Source of the DNA: Takakia lepidozioides
Lineage: Eukaryota > Plantae > Bryophyta
DNA length: 64,000 nucleotides
Assembly: GCA_030704615.1 (NCBI GenBank)
Contig: CM060731.1
Coordinates: 74,400,001 to 74,464,000, forward strand
Direction: 5' to 3'
In this document: positions 21,840 through 35,779 of the stretch, piece by piece
How positions within the stretch are numbered: position 1 is the stretch's first letter
Layout: every line of letters begins with the position of its first letter
Made by a program: the position numbers and the translations under genes
The notes under the pieces: generated by a model
What the model was told of the DNA's origin: nothing
The model's database searches: none
What the model saw: the letters and a program-made list of their open reading frames with translations, nothing else

Positions 21840-22330
21840 GAAATGAAATGAAATGAAATGAAATGAAATGGTACTTTATGACGTCCGTGGAAATCTCAAA
21901 GAGCTTATGAGACAAAAGGGAGAAGCCAGAAAGAAGAGACAAAACCACACCCAAAAGCAGCCCAGAAGCCAAGAGAGAGATAGTATGTGCGCATGACTAT
22001 ATCATTAGAGGGTGGGGTCTCCACAAGCTAATAACCTCATCCCACCAGATTGTATGAAACTCAACCTGAAAAGAAAGCTGTGGTCGAGAAGAAAGAAAGG
22101 TAAAGGAAAGCAAGCTGGACATAACGAGAGAGAGACCAGGAAGCAAGAGACTCAAGGTAGGGTCATGGAAGAGAGCTCTCAACATTAGCCAGCAAGCTAG
22201 CCTACAAAGAAAGGGATGTAGCAAGAAATTTTCAGGAGATTTAGTATGTACAACCCAATGCCAATGTGGTTTAGAAGCACTGTGAAATGGAGTGGGCTGA
22301 ACAGATGAAAGCGAATTGATGTTTGACTCC
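21840..22330 (-). mobile_element. Probable LINE 3' remnant ending in a (GAAAT)n microsatellite (21840-21869)
   Basis: FHTIWWDEVISLW-like ORF end, pyrimidine-rich UTR on the minus strand and a simple-repeat tail. Confidence 0.35.
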
Positions 22331-23441
22331 GACCTCTGCGCTGGATTATTGAAAATATAGATCGATCGACCAGTGGACATTTGTCGTGATATGTGGACGA
22401 TCGATTGGAATGACCTGTTTGAATCTAGAGTGAGCTGGCAATGGCGGTTGTCAAAGACCCGCTTCACCAGATTACATCTGTACATTTAGCAATGCTTCTA
22501 GTTATCTGTCTCTTCTTCCCGCTGCTATGTTAGAGTGAGTTAGAGCATTCTTTGATATAGAATGAAGATGCAAGAGTGCTTGGCTCAATTCATGGTAAGC
22601 GAATATACCAAATTGCTTTGAGCATTATGACTATTGTCTACTGAACGAGCAGCAGCCTTATAAGGAAACAGGTGTACCACATTTTGCACGCGCACTTTTG
22701 ATGAATGTGTTAAGTGGCCCTCAGACCGGCAGGTAAGGCCATTCCTATAGAAGGTAGCTAACTTAGTGGCTACTCATACCATCACAAAGGTACCCATCAT
22801 GGCAGATTGGAAAGGTCAGCAACCTGGGTTTGGCAATGTACCCAAATTAATGCAGGTAAATAATTCACCAATCCAACACAAACTTGTCGGATAGTATGCA
22901 GAAAAAGAGAGGGCATGGAGTATCTACATCTGTCAATGCCTCTCTTGAACAAAAATTTCATGGTCATACCTCTGAAATGTTGGAGGTAAATGAGAAACAA
23001 CTTGCTAGCACATTTTAGCCTACCAAATAGTAACATGCAAAACTGTATCCAAATCCCGGTACGCAGTGATGTCTACAGACCAAGGAAATATTGCAGTATA
23101 ATACCAAAGACAGCCATAGTTTGTTTCAGGGGTCCCATCAAATCACCCAACTCATGGATCTATGTGCAGTTCTAGTCCAACACATTTTGGCATCCGCCAT
23201 GGGCCCAGATAGTTATCGTTGGATGCAAGTGAAAAGACTTGCATTTAGATGCATTTTCCAACTTTGATTGAATAGACTTGATGCACAGATGCAGGCTCCA
23301 TCTGCACCTTTCAAGAATATTGAAAAATTTCATCCTCTCTAGTTGAGTGTGTTGAATGAGAAATTCCATTGTACATAGACCAAGACTCTCCACGTAGAAA
23401 TGATATGCGGCAGACTCCAGGAGCTATAAAACACACTTTAA

Positions 23442-26400
23442 TCAAGAACCCCACAGGCTGCGACGAAAAGATATCGATATTTGGGTAACTTCATTGGAAT
23501 GCTGCAGCACCAGGCAGACACCTGCACAGGTTACTGTCACACTTGCCACTGCCACCATCACTCGATAGACACTGCTACCCCATGTCTGGCTACATCTTCC
23601 TTCCACTGTTCGCTTTGGTAGCAATGGCACAGACATACTCTCATAACTTGCGCTCTCAACTGAGATGTCAATATCCTTTTTCGAAGCCTTCTGCATCACA
23701 ATACCATACAATGGTAACTGCTGCTAGATGCACAATTGCATTCCATGCATAAAAAGAGTTTTCACTCAAACACGAATTTTTCTTGCATACAACATAGATT
23801 TCACAAGAGCCAGCGGTCTATCACCCCATAGATTCCAACCCCAGTAAAAAAATCGTCATGGTAAGAGCGAGTTCCCATTGACCATGAATATGGAGCCTGT
23901 TCCAAGGTGGAGTCTAAATGCCTGGTAACTGCCATAAATTGACCCTGTGGATTACACCAGACCCAAACAGCTCCCCTTCTCTAGAAACAAGAATCTCCAA
24001 AATGATTGAAACCATGTGGAACGAAATGACTAGGTTGAAGTGAAGACAATGAGACCTACCCCACTGTTGCCAGAAGAAGGTACAAGGTGACCAGCATTCA
24101 ATTCTGAGGCTACGAAGGAGAGTGCTGTCAGTCCTCTCTCCCCCTGGATATCACCCTCCCACTTGGAGTCTGTCCTGCCATGCGTCTCAAATGAACCGGC
24201 AGCTCCTAACACCTTGTGCAACACACCAGCCCTCCTGGCAGATTGCAGCACATGCTCAGCCACACAACACCATCCGCGTGCTTTTGCAAATAAAAAGAGA
24301 TGCTGTAGCCTAATAATGCAGGCCCCTTCCCCTTTGCAGGTAGCCTCTGTCAAAATCCAACCAAGATCTCCCAGCAGATCCTGCACTCGGCTGCTGCTTG
24401 TTTCAAACTCCAATGTTTCAATCTCAGCACATACCCTCCTATCTGCCACCAGTACTACAATTGCATTACTGGTCCCTCCCTCATGCTCCACCTGCCACTC
24501 AATACGAGACATTTCAGACCACAAATGAGATTGATTGGCAAAATGGAAGGGGTACAGCCAGACCTTCTTCTACTCTCTTGCTTAAGCTGCATGAAGGGAA
24601 AGAGAAAAGAACCACAAGGAGCAGAGCCATGGTTCGTTGAATCTACATCCACTGATATGGTTTTATCTCAGTCAAAAACATTTCCAGCCCACCAAAAATT
24701 GAATCTGTGCAAACCCTACAAGAAAAGAACATGAGTGTACACATTTTCTTACATGTCAGTCCCTATACACTTTTATAAACTCAAGAAGATGCTTTCTGCG
24801 ACTTCTGCAGATAGTGGATGCTAAAGCAAAGGAGATTAGTAGCAGTTCAGCAAGCCAAAAGGTGGGAAGCCACACTACCTACATCTAACACAAGCACCGC
24901 AATCATTCCACTGCACTTTCCAAGTCCCTAAGAGCTTCTTTGAGGAGAAAAACTCTAGGCTGACCATGGATGCCGACAAGTGGACCAGTGTTCTATCGTC
25001 TGGCAAAAAATCGCCACATTTCGACCTGGAAAATGGGTCAGCTACTTGTACAAAGGAATCATGTAGGTAATCTCCAAAAGATTTGCCAGAAACGCCAGTA
25101 GTTGAATATCATGAGCCTGATTTTGCCTAGACCTGTTAAAACATGACACCTGTTATATAGCCACTTTTCTAACCCTGCCAACTCAGTATTCTCGCCACAT
25201 GGGTGCTGGGTAGAATTCACATGAGGCCCCTGTGGCAATTTTGGGAAATGAAAAAAAAAACACATGTGTGGACCGTGAAGGCATATGCTGACCTCTGCAT
25301 CCACCCAACAGAGTTAGCAGCAAGTGGCAGAGTCGGTACCTCAAAATACACTGCTCCACCTGGGGAATTTTGCAGTGCGGGAATGCTGACCCGCAACTCT
25401 TCCTCTTCCTTGCTTTTACAACTGGTGCCCAAAACAGATGCTGCCACATATTTCCCTGCAGATGATACCAGCAATCTGCTCCATTCCACAATGGTAACTG
25501 GTTAAGGACTGACAAACCCCTATAATTTTCTCCCAACAATGCAGCACAGAGAACAGCAACCCTCAACACAATGCATTCATTACAAAGGGACCCATAGTTT
25601 GGGCTAGACTACTTTCATGCACCTGTGTCTTTCACACAGGAATTAACATAGTATCCAACATAACCTGTCCAAGTTGAGAAGTGAGCCTCTCATCCTAAAA
25701 GAGCACGTGATCAAGATTAAAATTTACTATGACTCTGTTCTGGACAGTTCCTACATCAAGGGTGGACCAAATTTTGCTGTTTTGCCTCTCTTTTTCCTCG
25801 ATCCATTTCTTCCCCTGTAATTTTGCCCTAATCACTGGAGTGACACAAAATGTGTGAGTGTGGTATCTCTTTTACTTGTTACCATTCTTACCATTCATGA
25901 CAGGAATTGGTTATCATACAACTGGCAGACAAACTACTTCCAAAGTACCTCACCTCGTATTTGGCAGTTGCAGGTTGCGTCCAGAAACAACGAGCTGTCC
26001 TTCCACACCAGCTTCCAAACACAGCGGTCGAATTGAATGCAGAGCTGGCACTACATCCTCTTTCTCGCCATTCTTGCTAATGATCTTCCCTGTCACCACA
26101 ATCACAGCCTTCAAGTGCCCTTCTTTCCAACAAGAGGTTCAGGATGCCACACATTTTGATGGATATTCGATCAATGCCCTGAAAGGTGTACCACAACTAG
26201 ATTCATTTTTTCCCTCAACTTCAAAATGTTGGACCCCACCCCACTGCAATGAAGCGCCTCTTCATTTGCAGCTTATTCACCACAGTTACCTGTTCAAGTA
26301 CAGACCTCAACAGATAGTGCTGCAAGAACTCACAAGGGCTTTTGCTCTTTCCTCTTAAGCTTGTTCACGGTGAAGATTTCAAGGCAAACTTAGAGAGATT

Positions 26401-29400
26401 CAACATGCAAGCTTGCATACTTGCAATGCAATTCTGTGTAGTTATGTTATTCCAGGGACACCATGGAAGGGACCAGCTGGGCAGGGGGAACGCACCATCA
26501 GTAAGGTTCACGGCGTGTGGTCCCATTCGAGCAATAAGGCATCCTTGGTCCCAGAAACCTGCCACAGTCAGTGGGCCCTGAACCAGCTTCATGACAGCAC
26601 CTGACCAATCTGCATCAAGCTGCCAATGAAACAACCATCTTAGATCACATCCTCCATAAAAAGGTTGTAAACCCCATAACAGCATTTGTCACCACAGTGC
26701 TCAATATGAGCTGAGTCATCAAATAAGCCCAATATTTACAAACCACACAGAACTTCAGAAGGCAACAGTAATCATCAAAAAGCTTCAGACCATAGAAGAG
26801 AGGTTCACGTTCACTCACCATCTCCCACATTGGCTGTGGCATTGCAATGAAAAGAGTGAGAATGGAGCATCCAGATCGTATGTAGCCTTCCAGATCCACA
26901 GGCATGTTGGACAACCACTCCAGAACCTGTACACCACACTCTCCTTGCCTTACTCCAGTTCATGTATGAGTTCTTTGGTTCTTACATAAAGAAGCACAAG
27001 AAGAGTGACACCGGACAAACATAGTGGTTCTTACATACATGCGGTTTCAAGCCATTGCACAATCTCTGCCATGAATCTCAGAGTACAGGACGCTAGTGCG
27101 AAAACACTGATGATGGTCACTCAACTTAGGTAGTCTCAGCACATCTCTCTCCACCCGGCCCAAAAGGATAAATCAAGGAAGAGAAAGAAGACCATTTCAA
27201 TAGAAAACTACACCTGCAAAAATGGAGCAGAGATTAATAAGATCTAAACCCCTCTCACGGGCTTCACCAACAGAATTCCTTTTGTCCCTGCCATCTTGTC
27301 AGACATAATAAAGCGCTTCCAGCATTTGATGATCTCCAATCACATTATCAAGATACCTTTGGGCTTTGATAAGTGTTATTCAGGAGGCTTGTCAGCAAAG
27401 TTCCAATAGCCCCCACAATGCTTGCAAAATAAAATTAGATCAAATAAATTGGTTTGAGTTTTCAACCTCGTATGAAAATGCCAAGAATTTGTCAATACCT
27501 GCTGTCTCAAATTTCGAGGGAAATCACCAGGGTTCCAGTCATACAACTTGAATGAAATGCGGCCTGTTGGACACTGAACAGACATGCACTCCTATTTAGT
27601 AAGAATCCTGTCTGAATTAAGTTTAGCACTTGATTCAATATGCTGCTCACATACATGTGTGTTCACAGAGATGACAGAAAGGGAATGTCCATTTGCCCAC
27701 TTCCAGCCTATCACTTCTGCTACCGCTATCACATGGAAAAGGAAGAATGTCAACAGGTACAACCACAAGCTCACCGGTGATGTATACGTCTGTTTGATAA
27801 CCCCCCTTGAAGTTAATGGGGACGGTTGTAGTTCTGAAGCCTGTGGCCGGCAATTGCTCCTATTGGCATTGTCCTCCAGAAGCAACGCCAGCAATGAGTC
27901 TTCATCAACACCACCTCTGCCCAACATGCCCCTCTGCTCGTCTCCAGTAACACTGTCACTCAGCCTCGCACTAGGGTCCCACCACTCGGAGGGCTTGGCA
28001 GGAGGATTCACATCCAACACACATGTGGATGAGAGAGAAGCAGCAGCAACACCTGCAGTCGCAATTTGGGTCAGCTCTAGCCAACTTCTTTCTCAAAGCC
28101 AGTGTATCTCTCAGAAAGGGCAACTCCTCAGAAGTTTCCAACAACGTACCAACCAGCTGCTGTGTATCAACCTGCATCTCCCCATCAACAACCGGCTCCT
28201 CTTCTGCACTTGTCTTGCCCTCGTCTTGTGTACCTGAAAGAAGGTGATAAGACCACAACCTCAGTCAGCTCTATTAACGGCTGCCAGAGCCACATGCAGA
28301 ACCCAACTTGAAATCAAATAGTACCATCTGCAGGGCTGGGGTTGTACATGTCATTCGTCAACGCCGTTGTGTCTTCTCCAGACTCCTGCACCTTCCTCCT
28401 ACGCCGATTGTTATGACGTTCCAACTTCCGTCGGCAACTTCGCTTGCCTTCATCGAAATCAGATAAAGCATGAAACCTGAAACAAGAATTCTTGGTTAAG
28501 AATGCTGATAAAGAAGACCTACCCACTTTCTTTTCCAGAAGCGTGTCAAATCACGCAACCATTACATAGTAGAATAGTTAGTAACTTAAAAGATGCTTGA
28601 CTGATCCTAAAAACAGACACATTGCGATTCACAATTCACAATTGTTTCAAGAGCCTGCATATGAAAGTTTGCACCAAATGGTTTACAGTATGTCGTCAAT
28701 CTCCACAGTCAAAGTTCCAACATTCTGAAATTCCAAATATGACATGCCCGAATCAATAACAGGGTTGCCTATCCTTCAGCAAACTAAGATATTAGGTGCA
28801 TTTGTGCCCAAAATGCTGTGAGGCACCCAGCACACATGGGGTTTCAATCACATCTCACAGACCTAAGAGTAAATCACAACCTTAACATCTCCGCGCTTGG
28901 GTAACCTTCTCAGGCAGCACTATGCTAACAGTGCAGTTGAAAATTAGCATGATCATCACAGATAATTGCCTCCAATCTCTCCTTTTGGTTACAATCCGTT
29001 CACTGATTTAAGTCATCTATGTTGCTACATGTTATCCAGCATCTCTACTCTGCTGTTTTATTCCAGTTGTGTACGTTGCTACATTATATTAGTTCCTCTT
29101 ACTTAATAACACTGACATAACCGCTTCCCATCGTCAACTCACTCTTGCTTTTCTCTACAACATAACGGACCCAAATAGATAGTTGGTCATGTTCTGGACC
29201 CTCATCTGCTTTTCTTCCTTAATTCTCTAACCTATTTGATGAGGCCAAGCCAGGGGTCCCAAACCACTTAATGCTACTTCATCGATGCCATCATGCGTCT
29301 AAATAAGAGAACAACAATTAACCAACCATTTCTCCATGCTGCAGTCACTGCCAACTTCATAAACTCGGCCCTGTATGCGTCAACCAATATGGTCCTGCTT

Positions 29401-30502
29401 GTCATCGAGTTATGGGCGCAGCTGATACTTCCAAACTCCCACCCAGCAATTCTTCATGAGCAGTTTCACAACAAGCTCAGAAGATCACAATGACACTTGC
29501 TCCACTTCACCTTCAGACAAGTACCACTGTCGACAGGGAGGGGTAACAACCATAGAAAAAAGCAGGCGAGGAATGAATAAAAATCACTTACTTGCCACAC
29601 TGTTGGCAATAGCGATGGGGCACGTCGGGCAGCAGAACTGTGCTCGCATTCGCACAAACTAGGCACACGCGGTGGCGCTTGTGGTAGTCCTTAAGCCGTG
29701 CAAGGTCAGTCCCACAGGTTGGCACCTGGCAACGGGCACTCACCTTGGGCCGCTTGCTGCGAGTGCGTCCTTCATCTTCATCCTCAGTATCAGTGCACGC
29801 ACATGGCACCCTGCCCGCCAAAAAGTTGGGGCAATCCAGCCGTGGATCCCTTACAGTCTCCTGCTGAAACACTGTGTAGCTTGATTGCGGCTGCACCTGA
29901 CCCTGACTAGTAATCTGAGGGCTGGCTTCTAGGTCACCCGAATCAGCCACCGATTGCCCCACTGACCGACTCGCTCCCTCATCATCCTCCTTATCAGTGC
30001 ACGCACCTGGCACCCGGCGTGCCAGAAGATTGGAGCCCTCCAGCCTTGGACTGAGTACCGTCTCCTGTACCGTGGAGCTCGATTGCATCTGCACCTTCAG
30101 CCCATCTACAGCACTTTGAGGGCTGACTTCTAGGTCACCCAAACCAGCCCACGGTTTCCCAACCGAGCGACTGCCTCCTTCATCTTCATCTTCATCCTCA
30201 TTATCTGTGCACGCGCATGGCACCCTGCCCGCCAGAAAATTGGGGCAATCCAGCCCTGGATCCCTTACTGTCTCCTTCTGAAAGACTGTGGAGCTTGATT
30301 GTGGCTGCACCTCACCCTCTACAGCACTTTGAAGGCTAGCTTCTAGGTCGCTCAAATCACCCCAGGCCTGCTCCACCAATAAACTGGGGTCCAACAAGGA
30401 GGCTGTTGCTCTGGAAGAACCAGTGCTGGAATTCACGGGGTCCCCCAACAACAGCACACTATCCCACTCCCACTCCAAGCTTGTATCTCCCGAGTGTCCC
30501 AT
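23442..30502 (-). CDS. SPL7: SQUAMOSA promoter-binding-like protein, SPL7 clade (multi-exon; some exons show frameshift or stop, so intactness is uncertain)
   Basis: SBP domain [21 protein letters not shown]|[23 protein letters not shown] with a C4 first finger (exons 30502-29592 and 28476-28325); [23 protein letters not shown]; [27 protein letters not shown] (26926-26819); [10 protein letters not shown]; [14 protein letters not shown]; C-terminal TM segment [16 protein letters not shown]; GT-AG junctions. Confidence 0.88.
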
Positions 30503-31164
30503 GGCACTCGAAACAACTTTCAAGCAGCCCCGTCCCCAGCTTTCACCCCTGCAACATCAGCAAAGCTTTGGAATACAGAAAAGACCATGTCTGCAGGCCA
30601 CGGATACTTCGGTGCAGGACACTTGTGGGCTTGGCGGGTAGGGAATGCAAAAAGGCTCATAAGTACATTGAAAGATTTCAAAGCCAGAGACAACATTCCC
30701 TAGCCCGGGACATGGACATGCATGTCCGGGGCTTTTGCTCTTGAAAAATATCCGCAGTTCTTGCACTCGCCCACTGGAAGAGAGAGAGAGAAAGACTTTT
30801 GCCAAAGCCGCCGTAACTAAGAGCCACTTCACCTTGCGGCTAGTGCCCCCTTTCAAGGCTGGGGCCTATTGGCCCAATGAAATATACTAAGCCCCTTTTA
30901 AGGGTGGGCCCTATTGGCCCAATGAAACATGTGGGGCTTGCTTGTGGGCTTTGATCTTGGGTGAGCGGGAATATTTGAGGAATCTTTCTAGCCTTGGATG
31001 GATTCTTTAGATATCCTAGGTCGGGGCCTATCTGATTTTAGCGACCAAAGGTCAGAAGCTAGTTTAGCGTAGAGCAGGAATAGAGTGCCATAGTGTCACA
31101 TCATCGTCGCCATGTCACCATAGACACATCATCGTCGTCGTCAATTTCTTTGGAACCTACCCAA

Positions 31165-31475
31165 AATGCCTGAAAAGCAGCACGGGGAAGGGATGCCTCC
31201 GCGTGCTCGAGCGCGGAGGGGTTTCACGCAATGTGGTGCTCACCAAGTGTTCAACAGAATGCCTCAACGATCTTTGATCACGTGGAATATAATGTTGACA
31301 GGATTTGCCAAGCATGGGTGTGGTAGGAATGCTTTGGAGACCTATGAGCAAATTCTGCGCAAAAGGGTGAAGCCCAAGCACATCACATTTGCAATGCGTG
31401 TGCAAGCCTGGGATCTTTGGAAAATGGGAAAGAGGTCCATGGTGACATCGTCAAAGCTGGAATTGTACCATATGT
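31165..31475 (+). pseudogene. PLS-class PPR fragment
   Basis: AHQVFNRMPQRSLITWNIMLTGFAKHGCGRNALETYEQI..VKPKHITF. Confidence 0.8.
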
Positions 31476-31477
31476 CA

Positions 31478-32490
31478 CGATGGTGGGACAACCGCAATCG
31501 CAAGGTGTGGCTTTTTCTTAATGTACGATGTGAACAAGTTTGTCCATCCTGCACATGTGGGCTCATGGCTCCTATTATTATCATGATTTGATATTCTTCC
31601 TGATTATGTTTACAAGGTTCTTGGGAGAGTCAGCTCAGTCTTAGCAGATCGTGTTTCAATCTATGCCTGCTCAGCTGCACCGTGGTGGTTCTCACAGACC
31701 AATCCGACATCACCTGACTACAGACACAAGCAGCACACACAATGGGTCTTTTTGGGTTGATGGTCAAATCCTCCATGGGTCACGCCACAAGGTCAAGGAC
31801 AATGTGGTGAGGGCACCTTCTTCTTCGACCTATTTCAGCCTGTTTTGCCCTCTCATCAGACTCGGCCCTGAGATGCATATTGAATTCTGTAAGTTAGGTG
31901 GTTGGGTAGATGGTCAACTGGAAATAGCAGCCGCAGCCGCACAAATGATAGAACAAGGCACTGCTAATGAAGACACCTTCTTCAACACATTTCACCCTGT
32001 TTTTCCCTCTTGTTAGAATCGCCCCTAAATTTCCATGTTGAATTCTGCAAGTTAGCTGGTTGAGTGAATCTGGTTTGGAGTGACTTTGACATGATACTGC
32101 CAATGTGATAACAGGAAAGTATCCAAAAACAGGTAACAGAGATGAGGAGAAGGTGTGGAATGAATACTTTGCTGACCCCACTCAATGGTGGGACAACCGA
32201 GGCAAAAGGTTGAATCCCTGTTAGATGACAGAGAGTAGCAGACGCAATTCAGCATAGGAACTAGTGTGCTTGGGTGTTTCCTAGGTTGTCATTGTCAGCT
32301 GCTAGCAGCAAGGGCAAAGATGAATGCATGATTTTGTGCAGAGGCATGGATAGCTGAAGGAGAAGGGATAGAGTGTGGGTCCAGATTCATCCAAGAGGGC
32401 CAGATTTCAAGCACTAAGATTACGTATGATTCCCTGTGGATCAATAGCTACAAGAAACCTACATGCGTAGGTGGTCAACTAAAGGCAGCA
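31478..32490 (+). pseudogene. Two intron-split OSB-type PDF (ssDNA-binding) motifs
   Basis: WWDNRNRK|GT..AG|TNPTSPDYRHK (31481-31504, then 31698 onward) and DEEKVWNEYFADPTQWWDNRGK|GT..AG|IHPRGPDFKH.ITYDSLWINSYKKP (32141-32208, 32385-32480). Confidence 0.72.
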
Positions 32491-34971
32491 GCTGCCAAAC
32501 ATAATGAACGTGATGTGGTTGGGCTTCACCCCTCCGCGCATCATTTGCTCACCACATCATGGTGCCCTCACCACATTGTCCTTGACAATTCAGTATGCAT
32601 CTTAGGGCCGAGTCTGATGAGTGGGCAAAACAAGCTGAAATAGGTTGAAGAAGAAGGTGCCAGACATACGTATTTGAATTTGCTGAAATGCTCTGAATCT
32701 GCTGAAATGCCTCCTTGGTTTAAAGTCTGTAGAGCCTCTTTCAGTCTGCCTACCTCACAAAGCATCTTCACATGCCCAGAAATGCCAGAAGAGGCATTGT
32801 GAACTCCCTCTCTTGATCCTCTTCCAGAAGCTAGGTCATGGTTGAGGTGCCAGATTTTATCAACTGTGCCGATGCGTGTGCAAGCCTGGGAGCCCTGGAA
32901 AAGGGGAAAGAGGTCCATGATGACATCGTCAAAGCTGGAATTGTACCAGATGTCATTGTGAACACTACCCTGGTGGACATGTATGCCAAATGTGGGTGCA
33001 TTAAGGATGCGAAGGGAGTTTTCAACACTGTGGCTGAACGAGATGTGGTGTCTGCATGGAACACGATGCTTGCAGGGTATCCACATCAGGGACGTGGTAT
33101 GGAGGCTTTGGAGACCTATGATCAAATGATGGGGGAAGGGGTGAAGCCCAACCACATCACGTTTCTGTGCATTTGCAATGCGTGTGCAAGCCTGACAGCT
33201 CTGGAAAAGGGCAAAGAGGTCCATGGCGACATGGTCAGAGCTGCAGTTGTACCAAATGTCATTCTGAACAATACCCTCGTGGATATGTATGAAGGGAGTG
33301 TTTGACAGTATGGTTGGACGAGATGTGGTGTCGTGGAGTGCGATGATTGCAGGATATGCACAGCAAGGGCGCGGGATGGAGGCTTTGGAGACCTATGAGC
33401 AAATGATGTGCGAAGGGGGTGAAGCCCAACCACATGACATTTGTTTACATTTGCAATGTGTGTGCAAGCCTGGCAGTCCTAGAAAAGTGCAAAGAGGTCC
33501 ATGGTGACATTATCAAATCTGGAATTGTACCCGATGTCATTCTGAACACTGCCCTGGTGGACATGTATATCAAATGCGGGTGCATCGAGGATGCAAATGG
33601 AGTGTTTGACAATACGGCTGAACGAGATGTGGTGTCGTGGATCGCAATGCTTGCAGGGGTATGCACAACAGGGGTGTGGGATGGAGGCTTTGGAGACCTA
33701 TGAGCAAATGATGTGCGAAGGGATGAAAACCAACCACATCACGTTTGTTTGTGTTTGCAATGCATGTGCAAGCCTGGGAGCTCTGGAAAAGGGGAAAGAG
33801 GTCCATGGTGACATCGTCAAAGCTGGAATTGTACCAGATGTCATCCTGAACACTGCCCTGGTGGATGTGTATGCCAAATGTGGGTGCATTAAGGATACGA
33901 AGGGAGTTAATTTTGTCAAGTTATTTTATCACTAGTGTGAAACTAGGTAGGAAATAGCTAGCTTTTACATATTGACATTTGGGATTGGCCCAAGTGTCAA
34001 TTCAGGGGTCAAGGAAGATTTAGGCCCTGGAGTGGTTATCTTCACGGCAAGCGCGGGAGGCTCATCTTTCTCGAGTTGAGCCTCGCCGCGCCTAGCTATG
34101 GCGCTGTAGTGTGGATTCCCCATGGCGTGGGGTGCACTTGGCTTGACTTGTATTTGAGTGATGAGGTTATATATACATGAGTTTATGCTTCAGCTTTGTG
34201 AGCTCGCATGAGCTTGTGCTTGTATTCTTCTTCTTTATCACTCGAGAAAGGTGAGCTCGTATCTGTGAGTGCCAGATACGAGTTAGTTGTAGCACTTGTG
34301 GTTTTTGCTTGAGAATGAGAGAAACTAGGTTGTTATGCAATGAGCACCGTGGAGCTCTTGGTTGTTAGAAGTGGAGGCGATGTGGGTTACGAGGTGGTAG
34401 ACCTTGGCATTCGATCTTCAGCTTCAGAGATTAAAGCACCATGCTGCAGGTAATTCCAGAGCACCTTGATGGTTTCAGATTGTGTACATGCATGAGCAAG
34501 CACGATTGAAAAGAGGACCAGTCAAGAGCAGGTTATAGTGGCTTTGGTGGCAAAGCTGAGAATTGGACTTGGGAATGCGAGCTTTCATTGTGTGAAGGAT
34601 TGCAAGACCAAGCAAAAGGGCTGATTTGGCTTGGGGCAAATCAGTGCACTTTGTGGAGTATGTTAAGATTGGGTTTCAATCTCGAGCTTCAGCATTGAGA
34701 GGGCTCTTGTCATGGCAAGAGTAGGGCTGGAACAGGAGCTGAGAGGTGCGACAAGGCCATGGAATGTGCACCTAGGGTTTCAGAGCTTGGAAGAAGAGCT
34801 CTTGCACCACAAGAGGAGTGTCTTGTGGCTGGAAATGTAAGCCTTAGGGTTTCAGGAGCTTGGCAAAGGCTGTGGAGTGCTTAGTCTTGTCTTAGAGAGC
34901 ATCAAGGAGCCAAGGAGCCAAGGAGCCAAGCTGATACCTCTTGTGTGAAGAGGTTGCATGTGTGGAGCATG

Positions 34972-35334
34972 TGTCAAGTTAAATAAACACAGTGTAAAAC
35001 TAACTAGAATAAAACTAGTTATTTGAATTTAACACTTGGATTTAGTTCAAGTGTTAAGTCAGGTGTCAAGTTTGAGCTTGACACCTGAACCATCTTATCT
35101 TCACGAGAGCGTCAGTCGCGCAGCTCATCTCTCTCGAGTTGAGCCTGCGCGACCGAGCTCCTTCATCGTTTAGAAGCTGAGTGTGCTTATGATGGGAGGA
35201 TAGGTTGTTGTGGGGTGGGGTCCCCATAGCTTGGGGTGCCCCTGGCTCGACTTTTATTTTAAAGAGTGATGGTGTTGGTTTTGTGTTTCTCTTGTTATTT
35301 GAGTTTAGTTCTTTCTTATCACTCGAGAGAGATG
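34972..35334 (+). mobile_element. Nested 5' repeat A plus PBS of a third element (copy-1 subfamily)
   Basis: Starts TGTCAAGTTAAATAA, aligns to the reverse complement of 16947-17293, and is followed by ACTCGAGAGAGATG. Confidence 0.85.
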
Positions 35335-35659
35335 CCTTGTGTCTTTTAGTGCGAGATACGAGTCTTAGTTAGTACTAGTGTTTTGTTTTTGTGTTTGAAG
35401 CTTCCTTAAGATGTCAGCTCAGTTGAATGAGTGGAAGATTGAGTGAAAAAAAAATTAGCAGTTGAAGGGATTACTTGTATCAATGGAGTTTCAGCACCGT
35501 AACAAGTGAGCATGTGGCGAAGGGATGAGGCAGTTTGTAACTCATTCACAGCCACCATAGCTCGGTGCAAAGAAGCCTAGAGTCCAAGAGACACAAACCC
35601 TAGCTTGGCGTGGCTAAACCCCTTGGAGAAATGGCTAAACTGCCATGAGCGGCCATGGA

Positions 35660-35775
35660 TGGGGCTGTGACGGGCTGTGACGGGCTATGATGGGCTGTGA
35701 CAGGCTATGCCCTTGTGACCTGTGTAGGGCTGTGACAGGCTGTGGCCTTTGGGGCTGTGACCCCTGTGACCTTTG
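35660..35775 (+). repeat. GGGCTGTGAC-type minisatellite
   Basis: Tandem imperfect 10-mers immediately before the truncated gag. Confidence 0.8.
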
Positions 35776-35779
35776 TAGA

